Shown: piece by piece, positions 12,489 to 29,700 of the stretch
How positions within the stretch are numbered: position 1 is the first letter of the stretch
Layout: every line of letters begins with the position of its first letter
NCBI GenBank assembly: GCA_020137815.1
Contig: CM035350.1
Location: 8,432,001-8,496,000, forward strand
DNA: 64,000 nt
Source: Hormiphora californensis
Taxonomy: Eukaryota; Animalia; Ctenophora
Direction: 5' to 3'
Translations under genes and position numbers: made by a program
Notes under the pieces: generated by a model
Told to the model about the DNA's origin: nothing
Seen by the model: the letters and a program-made list of their open reading frames with translations, nothing else
The model's database searches: none

Positions 12489-12803
12489 TGTCAATATGAT
12501 GTTGGGAAGGTGGACGAATGGAAACACGGTAGATAACGGGTGGTTAACAAAATAGACGGATCAGGTAGTACAACGTTAAGGTAGTTCGATATTGGGAATC
12601 TGACAAAGTGCTTGTCAACTTAAAACTCATTCGATCTTCACAAGAAGCACGTGCGCGCACTTGAAAGGTGCATTTCAAGTGCGTGCACAAAAGTGTCACA
12701 TACTAATGATCAGTTCGCGCGTTACGTCCGGTAGGCGGTAACAACTGCGACAGTGTGTCCCACGGAACAATACACTCAATCTCATGACACACAGCTCATG
12801 ACA
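12489..12803 (-). repeat. 5' LTR
   Basis: Direct repeat of 7535-7849. Confidence 0.95.
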
Positions 12804-14842
12804 AGTTATTCCAGCATATACGAACTGGAATACTCCGGTAATCATGCCCAGATAACTCGTATAATAGCCCGTATAGATTTGATAATTATACCCAGATGTC
12901 CTCTAGGCTATCCTGAAAATACCAATTATCCGGACTATCCGGGCTATCCGGGTTATCCGGGTTTATGCATACCCCCTATTCTCTATGTCTCAAACCATTG
13001 GCATTACCAATAAAGTTTACAGCTTTACTTGAATGGTGAATCCTCCTTATTTTTTATTTGGACATCCCAAAAATGTGGGATCTGAATGGAGTCACTTTTT
13101 TAAAGAGAGCATATTATAAAGATGCCCCCACTCCCAGTACATGTACTTTGTATTCCTTTTAAAATATTCAAGGTAACGCATAAAGGGATCACCCTTCAGT
13201 ATGATCCATTGTTTTCTCAGCTGTTTCATCTTTACATGTGTGTGTGTGTCAAGTCTATACAATTACGTACAGCGGATGTACTTGTGTGCCAGGGGTATTC
13301 TTCTCAGAGAAAGAGGTCCCAATCCTGCTCCGTCGCTGATGGTGAACAAGTACTATTTCATATTGTATAATTTCTTTGAAATCGATTCTTTGATTCTTCT
13401 TTGAACTGTCAGAGCATTGGCTATTCTCATTTCTTTTAAATAAGGAGCGCTCGAGAACCGCGGTCCGAGCATATATTGGCCTAAAATCTTTAAACTCGAT
13501 TTTGGCTCCAATCTCCTGTTGACCTGTTGACGTACTATCGTAGCACTACATAATATTAGTATTTAGCAGTAATGAGTATGTTATACACTCAGTCATTCAG
13601 ACTCAGAGTACACAATCTTGGAAATTCCGATTTCGTTCCATTGTACTATTCCAGTGGAATGTCAGGTGCAGACCACTAGTTCTCAGCCGTGAGTAAGGAT
13701 AGTGGTCAGGAAACATGGCTGATATCATATTAGATAAAGCAGCATATACAATGGAACGAATCGGTAGTTTTGTTTGATGCCGATCACAGAGAGATCCTCA
13801 GATGAAAGATCAAAACTCCGATTCTGCAGAGTACACTATCATTGTATTGTTCATACAACAGCACAAACGCATCATCACCTTGATTTTGAGTTGTTGCTCC
13901 GTGACAGTACGTGACAGTACCAAATGGACTATATATGACCGTCCGGCCCTTCCTCTAACCAGATGAGCCAGAGTTATCTAAGATGATATACATATGTTTC
14001 GAAAGTTCAATACGCGTTTAGTTTTACTTATCATGTTCCCAGTCTGTCGGCTTTCACACCGAAGGCCCGGTGTGAGCACTGAGCTTACGTGAGGCCGAAT
14101 GGACAGACTGCGTAGCATGGCAAAGTTTTACGTTCTAAATTGTCTCACTGAATTAGGTAGCACGTTAGATTGCCACCTTGGGGCACACATCACTACATCA
14201 TGCGGATTATGAGATCTTCGTAGTAAAGCTAAGTTGCCCAATCTTCTCAGACTAAGGGAACAACTTGCCATCCAGCTGCTATTGAATTCCCTTTTCTTTT
14301 TCCTAAGGCTAAATATATACTCTAGTTGTCACTTATCACCATGTTTGAGACAAGGTGCTACTTTTTCAATGAAGAGAGACTCAATGGCTAAAAGTAAATA
14401 AATATTCGTAGTAACAGATAATTTTTCAGGTAGCTCGGACAATTTCCTCGGTTTGTTCAAAAAATTAGAACTTTCTGTTTTGAAATTTGGACACGGGTTT
14501 TTTTCCTGTTGGAAACCCGGTATATTTCTTGGACATGAATTTACTCAACCGCGTTATAATAATAACAGGGGTGACTTCGTAACCAAGTATATTTCATTAC
14601 CAAGGGCAATTTGCTATTAGTATTTAAAGTGTAAATGTAATGTGCTATTTAAAGTGTAACAGTAATGTGCTATCTAAAGTGTAATGTGCTATTTAAAGTG
14701 GTAAAGACAAGGGCAAGGACCACTATGACCAATTTGCGTTAGAGCCGATATTTTGTCAAGCAGCCTTTTAAAACTTTTAATAAAAGTGGAGAATTTTATT
14801 CCTTCTCATTCTATAAATTTCTGAGAAGTAATAATGATCTCT

Positions 14843-15574
14843 TTGGAGATGAACGTCGAAGTGGCCGTTCGTTCAGCGGTATCTAAGCGACAGACTGCTC
14901 CTTCATAAAACACTCTATGTGCCTAAAGCTGTAAAGCTGTTGCTCACACTTAACTTTTGGGACTCCAGTGGAAGTTTGTAAATATTTTCGAATGAATTTC
15001 AACAATTCAGTTCCCATAGTTACCACTCCAGTCGCCATGGCAACCGTGTTATTGACGTTGAAAGTGGCGAAAAGAACTACCCGGCGAAGCCGGGTGGGTT
15101 ATCAAAATTCCTTACTTGGGGCGCACCCCATGGGTTTGGTGATGAGATCCCCTATTATGTTCGCGGGCTTCGTTTGCCGCGCTTCGCGCGGCCAGTGTAG
15201 GGGTGGCCGTGTCACCAAGGTATTGAACCTCCGAATTCAGTATAAAAGCTCTCACATCATCTCTCACATCATCTCGCTCTATTGGAGATGAACGACGTGA
15301 TGGCCGTTCGTTAGGCGGTATCTAATCGACAGTGCTCCTTCATAAAACACTTTATGTGACCAAAGCTGTAAAGCTGTATTTCACAGTTTTATAACTTCCA
15401 GTGGAAGTTTGTTAGTATTTTCGAATGAATTTTAACATGCCAGTCCCCATAATTAGTTACCAATTCAGTTGCCATGATGACAACCGTGTTATAAAAGGGG
15501 CGAAAAGAACCACCCGGCGAAGCCGGGTGGGTTATCAAAAACCTTACTTGAGGCGCACCTAATGGGTGCGCTAG
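14843..15574 (+). mobile_element. Two diverged copies (about 14843-15135 and 15282-15574) of a non-autonomous Helitron-like 3' end
   Basis: Shared block of about 290 bp; hairpins cccggcgaagccggg and gcgcacc-taatg-ggtgcgc ending in CTAG followed by T. Confidence 0.55.
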
Positions 15575-16421
15575 TTATTATATACATGCGTCATCCCATA
15601 TTTAGTAAGCTAATAGAAACTGACATCTTTCGATAGCAACATAAAATGTTTATTGGTTACCAGCTACCCTTTCTACTTTATCATTGTCATTTTACTTCAT
15701 TCATGAAGCTAAGCTTTATGCAGTGCAGCTTGGGACATAAACCCAAGTTTGGTAATTCTTGTCCCAAGCTGCTGTCATTCGAGCCACTACGCCTTAGAGT
15801 CTTTGGTTTAACACATTCTCTTTGTTGAATCTGTAGAATCTTTTTAGAATCTTGTAGTCTTGTAGAATTTCTTTGTTTCTAATTTGTTTATACAATCCTA
15901 GTGCCTGGTGGTATAATTACCAACGGCAACATTATCTATAATGCTAAATGCTATCACACATGTTGCTGTAGGCATATTACGAATCACCCTGTCCATCCAG
16001 ATCCCTCTGCATGGACCTCAGAAGACAGAACCTGTATGGTTGACTCTTTTGTTGTTTTCCGTGACCGTGCGGAAAATTCGTGATGGCACGGACGTGTTCT
16101 TGGAGTGTGTAAAATTTAGATGCATTAGCTGGACGGAATTCCCTTCAAGAGACCTATAAACAGGCGGGCGTCCTCTCCTATCTAGGAGGGAAAACTCTCT
16201 CAGTCTCTCTCTAGAGAAGTAGATATTGTTTGTGCGAGTGTAGAATGAAAATCTAGCTCATGCAAATTGTTTGTTTTTTAGATTTAACACACTCTAGTGA
16301 TATATTGCACCATGTACCACTGCAGCTACAACTTTATCCTTGCTTTGTTCGATATTAATAAATTATATCTTCCATCGAATAGATCGAACATCATGACTAA
16401 AATTAACACCTTTTTCGGTAA

Positions 16422-16494
<73 letters not shown>

Positions 16495-16528
16495 GCTCTA
16501 TCTCTCTCTATCTATCTATCTCTCTATC

Positions 16529-16630
<102 letters not shown>

Positions 16631-16994
16631 TCTCTCATGTTTTCTACTGAGGCACTAAGTAATTAATATTCTATGTATGGCAGCTGTTAGAAGCCCATTG
16701 TACTACAAACTCTCATATATAAAGCACAGTCGTGAGAGTCTATTAAAACTAATAATTATGTTTTTTGTTGATGGTTGTTAATCAGAACTAGAATTTGAAG
16801 CCTACATTGTATGCATCCCTTGACTTAGATCACTGTTCTAAAAAGAAAGTTTCATAACTTGATGATGTTGATTTGATAACCACATATTCCTCCCTCTGTA
16901 GAACTAGGTAACCCTGGCGGGTCATGTGGTATCAGACGACGCTTTCAGTACTCAGCTCACCCCGGCAGCATCTCACGACCAAGAGGATCTCAGC

Positions 16995-18764
16995 ATGACA
17001 ACCACAACGGGCATAATCGCTCCCTCATCGGGCAAGCCAAAAAAGTCCAAATCACGGTTGGAGAAACTCTCCGTAGTTCCCCTCAAGTTATGGGTTGTCT
17101 TGGTAGTTATCCTAACGGTAGCACTCGTTTGTGTCATGTCTTTCATAATGGTTGCTGTCCTGAGGGAGGAGAAGCCTGAGGTGGAAACCAAACTAGGCAG
17201 GATACGGGGCAGGTTGGCCGTTACAAAAAGCGGAAAAGAGGTCCGGGAGTTCCTGCACTTGTCATATGCGGAATACCCGCCTGTGGGGGAGAGACGGTGG
17301 ACGCACAGCGAAGTAAAAACTAAGGGTTGGAACGGTACCCTTCATGCGGATGTGTTGGATGACAGTCTGAAGTGTTCCCAACCTGGGGATCCTGTAGCTG
17401 GACAGGAGGACTGTCTCTACCTGTCAGTTAGGGCCCCTGAGGTACACGATGATGATGAAGTGTTGCCTGTTATAGTGTGGATCCATGGGGGTGGGTTACA
17501 GTGGGGGTTCAGTGATGATCCAGGATACTCAGCTGATGCAGAGTTTACAGAGGCAGTTGATGCCATCACGGTGAATATAAATTACAGGTTGGACCTCCTT
17601 GGCTTCCTCTCTAGACCCGAGATATGGAAGGACAACAAACACTACGGGAATTTCGGCATTGGAGATGCCATAACTGCCCTTCATTGGGTGAAAAACAACA
17701 TTGCTTCCTTTGGAGGGGATCCCAGTAGGGTGACAATAGTTGGGGAGAGCTCGGGTGGTACAATAGTTCTAGCCCTTGTCACATCGCCCCTTGCACAGGG
17801 ATTGTTCTCCGCTGCATTCGCCATGTCGGCGGTACCTCTATGGAAATCCAATTATATCACCGCCAACCAGAGGAGACCTGATTTTATGGAGCAGGCTAAA
17901 TGTGCGGCAAACGCCACCAGTGCCTGTCTCAGGGCGACAGCTGTGGAAAACCTGATCAACTCAAGTAACATTGAGAGCCGTGGCTGGGGCTTCTACGATT
18001 TCCCTCTCACTGATGGGTGGCGGGGTGAGAGCATGGACTATAACGTCCAGGAGCCCACCATCTTGCCTTATCTACCTCAGGATATTCCGGATCAGATCAC
18101 CCATGGTCAGGAGATGGTTCGGGTTGTGGTTAGTAACACGGCTCAGGAGGCAGGCTACTGGTGGCTATCTGATAATGGTAACCTGGTTACGACTTGGCAG
18201 GATGCCAGAGAGTTGCTAGAGGACCGATTGGAGAAGTTCTTGGGAACGGAAAATGTTACTAGTATGGTGGATAAAATTGCCGCAAATTACTCCTTCGGTG
18301 TTGATAGTGATGATTGGTGGCCCCAAATGGCATGGGACACCCTCATAACGGACATCAGGGCAACATGCCCCTTTAATGATCTCGTTCCCGAGATCAACAG
18401 GAGCCCTAACCATGAGGTACACAGAGTATACATAGAACACCGGGCCAGTCAGGAGCTATCGGCCAACGGTAACTGGACCTCCTGGCACGGATGGGACACG
18501 GAGGCAATGTTTGGCTTTCAATACTTTGCGGGGAGTCTCTACGACCCGGACAACGTCCAGGATCATGATATTTCCTTCCAGTTGGAACTACTTGAAATGG
18601 TACGAGCCTTGGTGCACGGTGAGACAGACACTTGGCGGGCTGATGAGACCCGCTATCTCACCAACCACAGACCATGGCTCAAGGTGAGCAGCAGGAAACC
18701 ACGGGAAGAACAATGTGCCTTCTTGTGGCAGGAAAACTTTGAAGGGTGGGGCTGGCAAAACTGA
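16995..18764 (+). CDS. Type-B carboxylesterase (alpha/beta hydrolase) with N-terminal signal-anchor; CDS without introns; start uncertain (first ATG at 16995)
   Basis: EDCLYL, WIHGGG oxyanion loop, NYRL, FGGDP, GESSGG nucleophile elbow, candidate catalytic E (NTAQE) and H (WHGWD); basic stretch followed by hydrophobic LWVVLVVILTVALVCVMSFIMVAVL. Confidence 0.92.
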   Translation: MTTTTGIIAPSSGKPKKSKSRLEKLSVVPLKLWVVLVVILTVALVCVMSFIMVAVLREEKPEVETKLGRIRGRLAVTKSGKEVREFLHLSYAEYPPVGERRWTHSEVKTKGWNGTLHADVLDDSLKCSQPGDPVAGQEDCLYLSVRAPEVHDDDEVLPVIVWIHGGGLQWGFSDDPGYSADAEFTEAVDAITVNINYRLDLLGFLSRPEIWKDNKHYGNFGIGDAITALHWVKNNIASFGGDPSRVTIVGESSGGTIVLALVTSPLAQGLFSAAFAMSAVPLWKSNYITANQRRPDFMEQAKCAANATSACLRATAVENLINSSNIESRGWGFYDFPLTDGWRGESMDYNVQEPTILPYLPQDIPDQITHGQEMVRVVVSNTAQEAGYWWLSDNGNLVTTWQDARELLEDRLEKFLGTENVTSMVDKIAANYSFGVDSDDWWPQMAWDTLITDIRATCPFNDLVPEINRSPNHEVHRVYIEHRASQELSANGNWTSWHGWDTEAMFGFQYFAGSLYDPDNVQDHDISFQLELLEMVRALVHGETDTWRADETRYLTNHRPWLKVSSRKPREEQCAFLWQENFEGWGWQN

Positions 18765-19693
18765 AACAATATATCGGGCTCTCTCAGATCAAATATATCA
18801 TGTGTCCGTATGTATCTGTTTGTACATTTGTACGTCTGTGTGAGAGGAAGACCTGAGAACAAACATCTCTAGATGTGTTGTGAGCGTTTTGTACTTGATT
18901 TGGTAGCGCTGACCCGGGTTGACGACTGATTATTCAGTGAATACCAAATGTGGGATGATGTCTAGGGAGAGAAATGTGACTTTAAAATCGTTTATCATAT
19001 CCTAAGATTATTTCTGACAAATTTATAATTTCAAGTTTTGTGGAAGGGAAAACGAATAAAAATCTAAGTCAAGTTCACATGCGTCACATTTTAACACACA
19101 GACAGCTCGGCAATCAGCATACATTTTTCAGTATCTCTCATCTCTCTCACTGCTGCTATACATCTCCCTCTCTCTTTCTCTATCATGTATATCTCTCTTT
19201 CTCTGAAAAAGCGGTCATTTCAAGTATGAAGCAAAGCACTGCTCGCATTCAGGCTGGCCTCCTCAATCCTCATCTCTTAATTTTGAACACACGACAGAAA
19301 TCAGATACAAGCTACAGCATTCTGTGCCTAGTACATCGGACTGTCTGGCGCCGCGACCCATCTGAGCACACTGTCGCGTGCTCAGATTAGCCCAATTTGA
19401 GAATCAAATTGGGGTCTGGCGCCGCCAGACAGCCATTGGACAGGTCACCCTCCAGACGCAGCAATCACAAACAAACAAACAAACATCGATGATCGATAGA
19501 TCACCAGTTTTTCGCTACTCCAATGTCTTTTGTTTATACACATTTTTACACGAATGACGGATATATCGAATAATTGTTTCTTTTTAACCTGTTTAAATAC
19601 AATCCTAAACCATCCAAACACACCATCTTTTTAACATGTAAAAACACCCAAAACCACTACCCCCAACTCTTACCGCGCGGGACTCATCCTCAG

Positions 19694-25013
<5,320 letters not shown>

Positions 25014-25145
25014 TTTTTCTGAACAGCTAAGGAAGTAAGAAAGTGTCAAATCAGAAATCGCACGGAACACTAAACTCGTAACCAACTAAAAGACATATCG
25101 TGTAACTTGTAAGTTGTATGTATACAAGGTATAATAAAGTCGTTT

Positions 25146-25346
25146 TTTTTGAAGTTGTCACCCCCAAATGCATGCGTTTGTGAAATTTATCAATTTTGAC
25201 GCACGTCGCACATAGTTATCATTGAATCATACTTGCGGGAGCACGAAGACAGTGTCAGGCGACTCAAAGGTATCACACGTTGACACGTGATGTGATGTGT
25301 AAAAAAACGAGCGCACGAGAAGGGGGAAGGTGACAACTTCAAAAAA
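25146..25346. mobile_element. Small inverted-repeat element upstream of MAPK15
   Basis: tttttgaagttgtcacc ... ggtgacaacttcaaaaa. Confidence 0.5.
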
Positions 25347-25468
25347 TCCGAATTAAATATCAGTTCACCCCTCGATTTAAAGAAGGGTGGCTAAAAAGGT
25401 TACGTATCAACGTTTCGTGTATAATAATGTGAACCAAAATTACAAGTATGTACTAATTATTCACAAAT

Positions 25469-25968
25469 GGGGGGGGGGGGGGGCCTGCCGCAAGAATCTC
25501 ATGCCTCATTGGCGATTTTCAGGGTAGCTGAGATTTTTGAGATTTTCGATTTTTGGCTAAAAAACGTGGGATTTTTGAGGCAAATTTGCGATTTTTCGGT
25601 GGAAAATCGAAAATTTTTCTCAAAAATCTCATAAAAAGGAAAAATGTCCATTCGAAAATTTGGGATAGAAATAATCCTTGTGTTTTTTTACCAAAAATCG
25701 AAATTCTGAATAGAAATTTTCCTTGTGTTCTAATACGAAAGTTTATATGTAGCTAAAACATTAGATTTACCTATTTAAATTACTAAATTGATATTATGAT
25801 TCGGTTTTAAGCTAAAAAATATGAGTTTTGACAGCCAAAATTGTGTCAATTTACCACAAAAATCTCAAAAATCTCAAAGGTAATTGAGCAAATTTTCCCA
25901 AAAATCTCAAAAATCTCATCGGCCAAAAACAGGGTAGCTGAGATTTTTGCGGCAGCCCCCCCCCCCCC
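25469..25968. mobile_element. MITE with poly-G/poly-C termini and an apparent 7-bp TSD
   Basis: Gn-ctgccgcaagaatctc ... gagatttttgcggcag-Cn; cacaaat on both flanks; internal aaaatctca repeats. Confidence 0.7.
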
Positions 25969-26142
25969 CACAAATCCAACTGCTTAGGGCATATGATGTT
26001 AGATATTCTTGCCTTGTTCGACCCTTGTGAACAAAACAAAGATTTTCGGCATAATTGTTATAAGATAATTCCACTTCTAGGAGGTCCTATTAGGTCCGCG
26101 ATTTGGTGGATAAAGAAGTTGGTTTTCAATCCGGGCTACGCC

Positions 26143-26620
26143 CTTCTATCTATCCATATAATAAATTCCATAATGTTAGTCAGTCTGTCCGTTAATTGGT
26201 TTTTCAAACTCCTCCCACAGTTTTTGAGCTAGACCCCTGAAAATTTGTACACTGGTACCTTGGACCAAGGCGGATGTAAGTACGGGCTCAGATTTTTGAT
26301 CCGATCTTTACAGCAGTGACGTCACGGGGTGACGTCATTGCGACAAAAAGACTTACATTTTTCAAACGCTTCTAAGACCCTGAAAACGGCTCTAAAGCAA
26401 AAAACTAACGCAATAGTGGGGAAAGAGAATCGTTTGAACTTCATTTTACTTGATGGCGATTTCCCGTAAAGTCCATTTTTATTCAACTGTTCACCCCTCA
26501 ACTCGTGCGCGTGCGATATTTTAATTTACGCTGCGCGCGCTACACGTTAACATGTGATAAACGCGCAAAAAAATTCCGCGCACGACTTTGGGGGGTGAAC
26601 AGTTGAAAAAAAATGGAGTA
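26143..26620 (+). mobile_element. Helitron-like 5' end, followed by an internal palindrome at about 26471-26618
   Basis: tctatctatccatatataaa...gtcagtctgtccg resembles Helitron 5' ends; tcaactgttcacccc inverted against ggggtgaacagttga. Confidence 0.4.
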
Positions 26621-27294
26621 TAACTCAATGTTTAAGGGTCGTAAATCGCGTCGGGAAAGTTAAAAATGCCAAAAATACGATATTTTTCACCGTAGCCACC
26701 CAAAATCTTATCCAATCGATATGAAACTTGGTCGTTATGTGAATTTTAATTTCCTTTGGCCAGGGGTTCCCGGAAAACGGATTGGCAAGATGAGAACTGA
26801 CCGGAGTTCTTATATAATAAATTAATTCATCATTCATGGTCAACACGAAACGCAAAAAGTTTCAAAAAGGTGCGGATTTTTAAAAATAAATTGTTTCCAA
26901 ATAAAATGCAAAGAAATCGCGAGCGCGCGGCAGTTGTTTCCACCGTTAACTACAAAAAGACGCGTGCCCCATTTAATTTGTCCGGTTGAACTGAACATGT
27001 TTGCGCGCAATATTCACTCACTGCGTAGTGTGGTCATCGCGCGTTCCCGACATGTATCGAGCAACGTGGGCCAAAATGGGGCGAGAAATCAGAGTGCTTC
27101 TGTGTTTATCACAAAAGTAAAAAACATAAATTTAATGGGGCAAGTAAATAAATGTGAAACAAGCATAAAATTCAGGGTTAAAACTTAGAATATTTCTCGT
27201 CTGTCTCAACTTCTCTTTCAAAAGCAAACCGATTGACAAATTGTCTCGGTTCTCTTTTATAATGTCTTTATTCCAGAGTCTTTCCAGTAATCCA

Positions 27295-27852
27295 TCAGTC
27301 CATGATGGTTCTGCGGTGATACAGATCGGAGGCTACATCGCACAGGAAGAGTGGCAATGATCTGTGTTGTGTAAACTTTGACAAGTGGGCCTGCATGTCA
27401 ATGGAACTGGTGTATTTCGTCTCCACCAATTGGAATGCTCCCTCGCACCTGGAGGAGAAACATAATTAATATCGGGATTTAATACGAAAACCAAAGAAAA
27501 CGAATTTAATAAATTAATTTAGTAGCGAATTTTGAAATTTTAATAATCGTGAGCCCGTTAAATCAGGGAGCCCAGTGAATCAGGGTCAAATACTGTTAAT
27601 TTCCTATATGGGGGCGGGGGAGGTTATATCAGGGTCCGACTGCATTACTCTTTGTTGATTAACTCCCCGTTCATCCACTAAGTTTTGTGAGAAAATATAA
27701 TAAGTAACTAACTCGATCCATACTAACTTCTTGAAGAGAAGATTGTGAGTTGGTGATTCAGCATAGAGAGATACAAGAGAGAACTGTGAGTCCTCGGGGC
27801 ACGAGAGGGTGTATCCAAACATGTATTCAACATTCTCCTTTAATTCACGGAT
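27295..27852 (-). CDS. MAD1L1: MAD1 spindle-checkpoint protein C-terminal domain; two exons (27852-27728, 27448-27295); upstream exons not identified
   Basis: Phase-consistent splice gives IRELKENVEYMFGYTLSCPEDSQFSLVSLYAESPTHNLLFKKCEGAFQLVETKY...RSLPLFLCDVASDLYHRRTIMD*, matching the MAD1 pattern (GY...L.SLYAE...L.F...QLLET...SIP.FL). Confidence 0.75.
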
Positions 27853-28786
27853 CTGTAAATAGAGTATTTAGGGTGTTTAGGGTGCAGTGTTCGTGGTGTT
27901 CAGGGTGTTTAGAGTGTTCAGAGTGTTCAGGGTGCAGTGTTCATGGTGTTCTATAGTGGGTATATTATTATAGTACATGCCCGTGTCGTATTCAGTTCAC
28001 AGTTACGCTTTACTTCAACGGGTTTTCTAGTGTAATAAAATAACCAAAACACAAGTAAAGTCCAAGATATTGCCCTGCCGTATTCACGTTGCTTGGTAGA
28101 ATGGTAGAGTATTCCAAAGTCGAGCCGCTCTTCGAGATCTGTGTGGTGATGGGGGAAGTCTGGTATTGTGTAGATCCTACACCGGTGTCAGTTCCTTACA
28201 GAGCCTCCCCCTCCTCAAAACATTCCGTATCCAGTCTAATATTGAATTGTTGTTCTGTTTTAGGTATCCGAGTAATCTTTTAATCTTATAATGTTCTTCG
28301 TACAGATGCTGTACAGGTGTCAGTTCCTCACAGGTGTCAGTTCCTAACATTCGCAGTAACAGACTCTTCAACACTGGGGTAAGACTGCATACCGATGGGA
28401 CAAGAGGGCACTAATTTAAGCAACAATTGAGCGATCTCAGCAACAAATACTGTTTAAACATAATAACGCACAGTTTTGATTATAGACTACTCGTTATCCT
28501 TTGAAAGGGTCTACAGTAGACTGCCTACTTTGTAATCAACTTCATAGTTCATATATCAACATATAATGGTGTCAGTCCAATCGAGCATCCCCCGCACGAA
28601 CAGACAGTGCTCTCTCCCGCAAAACGTCAGATGGGCAACGATGAGCTCTCACGTGAACAGTGTCGTGAGTGTCCACTGTATCGTGTGGTCCATGTAACAT
28701 GGATACACCGGAGAGGGGTACACAAGACGGCCACACGAGACAAACACACAAAGGAAAGGCCGTTCAAAAATCGTGTGGGGTGAACA

Positions 28787-29052
28787 AAAAAGGGCGCCGT
28801 TACGATCTGGGTGTTTGGAGGCCTGTTTACAGGTGCGCGCTGCCAAAAAAGTTGATTCACTAAAATGGCTCTAACCGCCAAACCACTCAACCGTTTTGGC
28901 TGATTAAAAGTTTATCTGGTAGGGAATGTCAAGGGCTAACCCCAACCCAAACCCCAACCCTAACCCTAACCCTACTTTAGCCCTAACCCTAAAAAACCGT
29001 TTGTCAGCACTCCCAGAACACCCAGATTTTAACGCTGGCCAACAAAAAAGTG
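28787..29052. mobile_element. Helentron/HINE-like non-autonomous element with a CCCTAA-like tract; second related copy at about 29890-30120
   Basis: Subterminal inverted pair atctgggtg/cacccagat in both copies; shared tttacaggtgcgcgct block. Confidence 0.45.
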
Positions 29053-29190
29053 ATCCAGGCCTGATTTGAAAATTGCGAGTGCGCGGCGTCAAAATCTGGC
29101 TTTTTGTGACGCGCAAATAACAAAATAGAGCCGCGCAGCTGCGCGCGGATTAATTTATTAAAATTCAATTCCCAAATTCAAAATAAAAAT

Positions 29191-29700
29191 AAGGAACCAT
29201 GAGGCCCCTCGGAAATGTTCAAGTCATGCACAATCAAGTCACGCCCACCAATCACAGCTCAGAACGCGCGAAGCATGACTTGATTGTGCATGACTTGAAC
29301 ATTTCCGAGGGGCCTCATAATAAAGTTCAAGAGCCTCCAAGAGCGCACCACAATCAAGAGAGACCAAAATCAAGAGCACACCACAATCAAGAGAGACCAA
29401 AATCAAGAGCACACCACAATCAAGAGATACCAAATCAAGAGCGCACCACAATCAAGAGACACCAAATTCAAGAGTGCACCACATCTGGTATCTTCTGGAT
29501 AGGGAGCTCTCTTGGATGAGGTGCGCTCTTGATTTGGTCTCTCTTGATTGTGGTACGCTCTTGATTTGGTCTCTCTTGATTGTGGTGCGCTCTTGATTTT
29601 GGTCTCTCTTGATTGTGGTGCGCTCTTGATTTTGGTCTCTCTTGGATGGGGTGCGCTCTTGGGCGCTCTTGGAGGCTCTTGAACTTTATTATGGTTCCTT
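29191..29700. mobile_element. Foldback element whose arms are built of about 33-bp repeats
   Basis: aaggaaccat...aataaagttcaagagcctccaagagcgc mirrored by gcgctcttggaggctcttgaactttattatggttcctt; unit caagagcgcaccacaatcaagagagaccaaaat. Confidence 0.8.
29201..29316. mobile_element. 116-bp palindromic MITE (GAG...CTC) inserted in the foldback's left end; related copy at 29743-29875
   Basis: gaggcccctcggaaatgttcaagtcatgcacaatcaagtca and its reverse complement; AT on both flanks of both copies. Confidence 0.8.

Larger units (their letters stand above)
7535..12803 (-). mobile_element. Full-length Ty1/copia LTR retrotransposon, GalEa-like
   Basis: 315-bp TG...CA LTRs at 7535-7849 and 12489-12803; 5-bp TSD AGTTA (7530-7534 and 12804-12808); PBS TGGTAGCAG next to the 5' LTR; PPT agaaagaaatagaggggag next to the 3' LTR. 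Confidence 0.97.
7413..12978. mobile_element. Non-autonomous TIR element (TAGGG...CCCTA, hAT-like MITE) split by the LTR retrotransposon
   Basis: tagggggtatgtataaacccggataacccgg at 7413 is inverted against ccgggttatccgggtttatgcataccccta ending 12978; no clean TSD found. Confidence 0.65.

Noticed and set aside
28935-28992. CCCTAA telomere-like repeats
   Set aside because: Short, degenerate and inside a non-autonomous element; not a telomere
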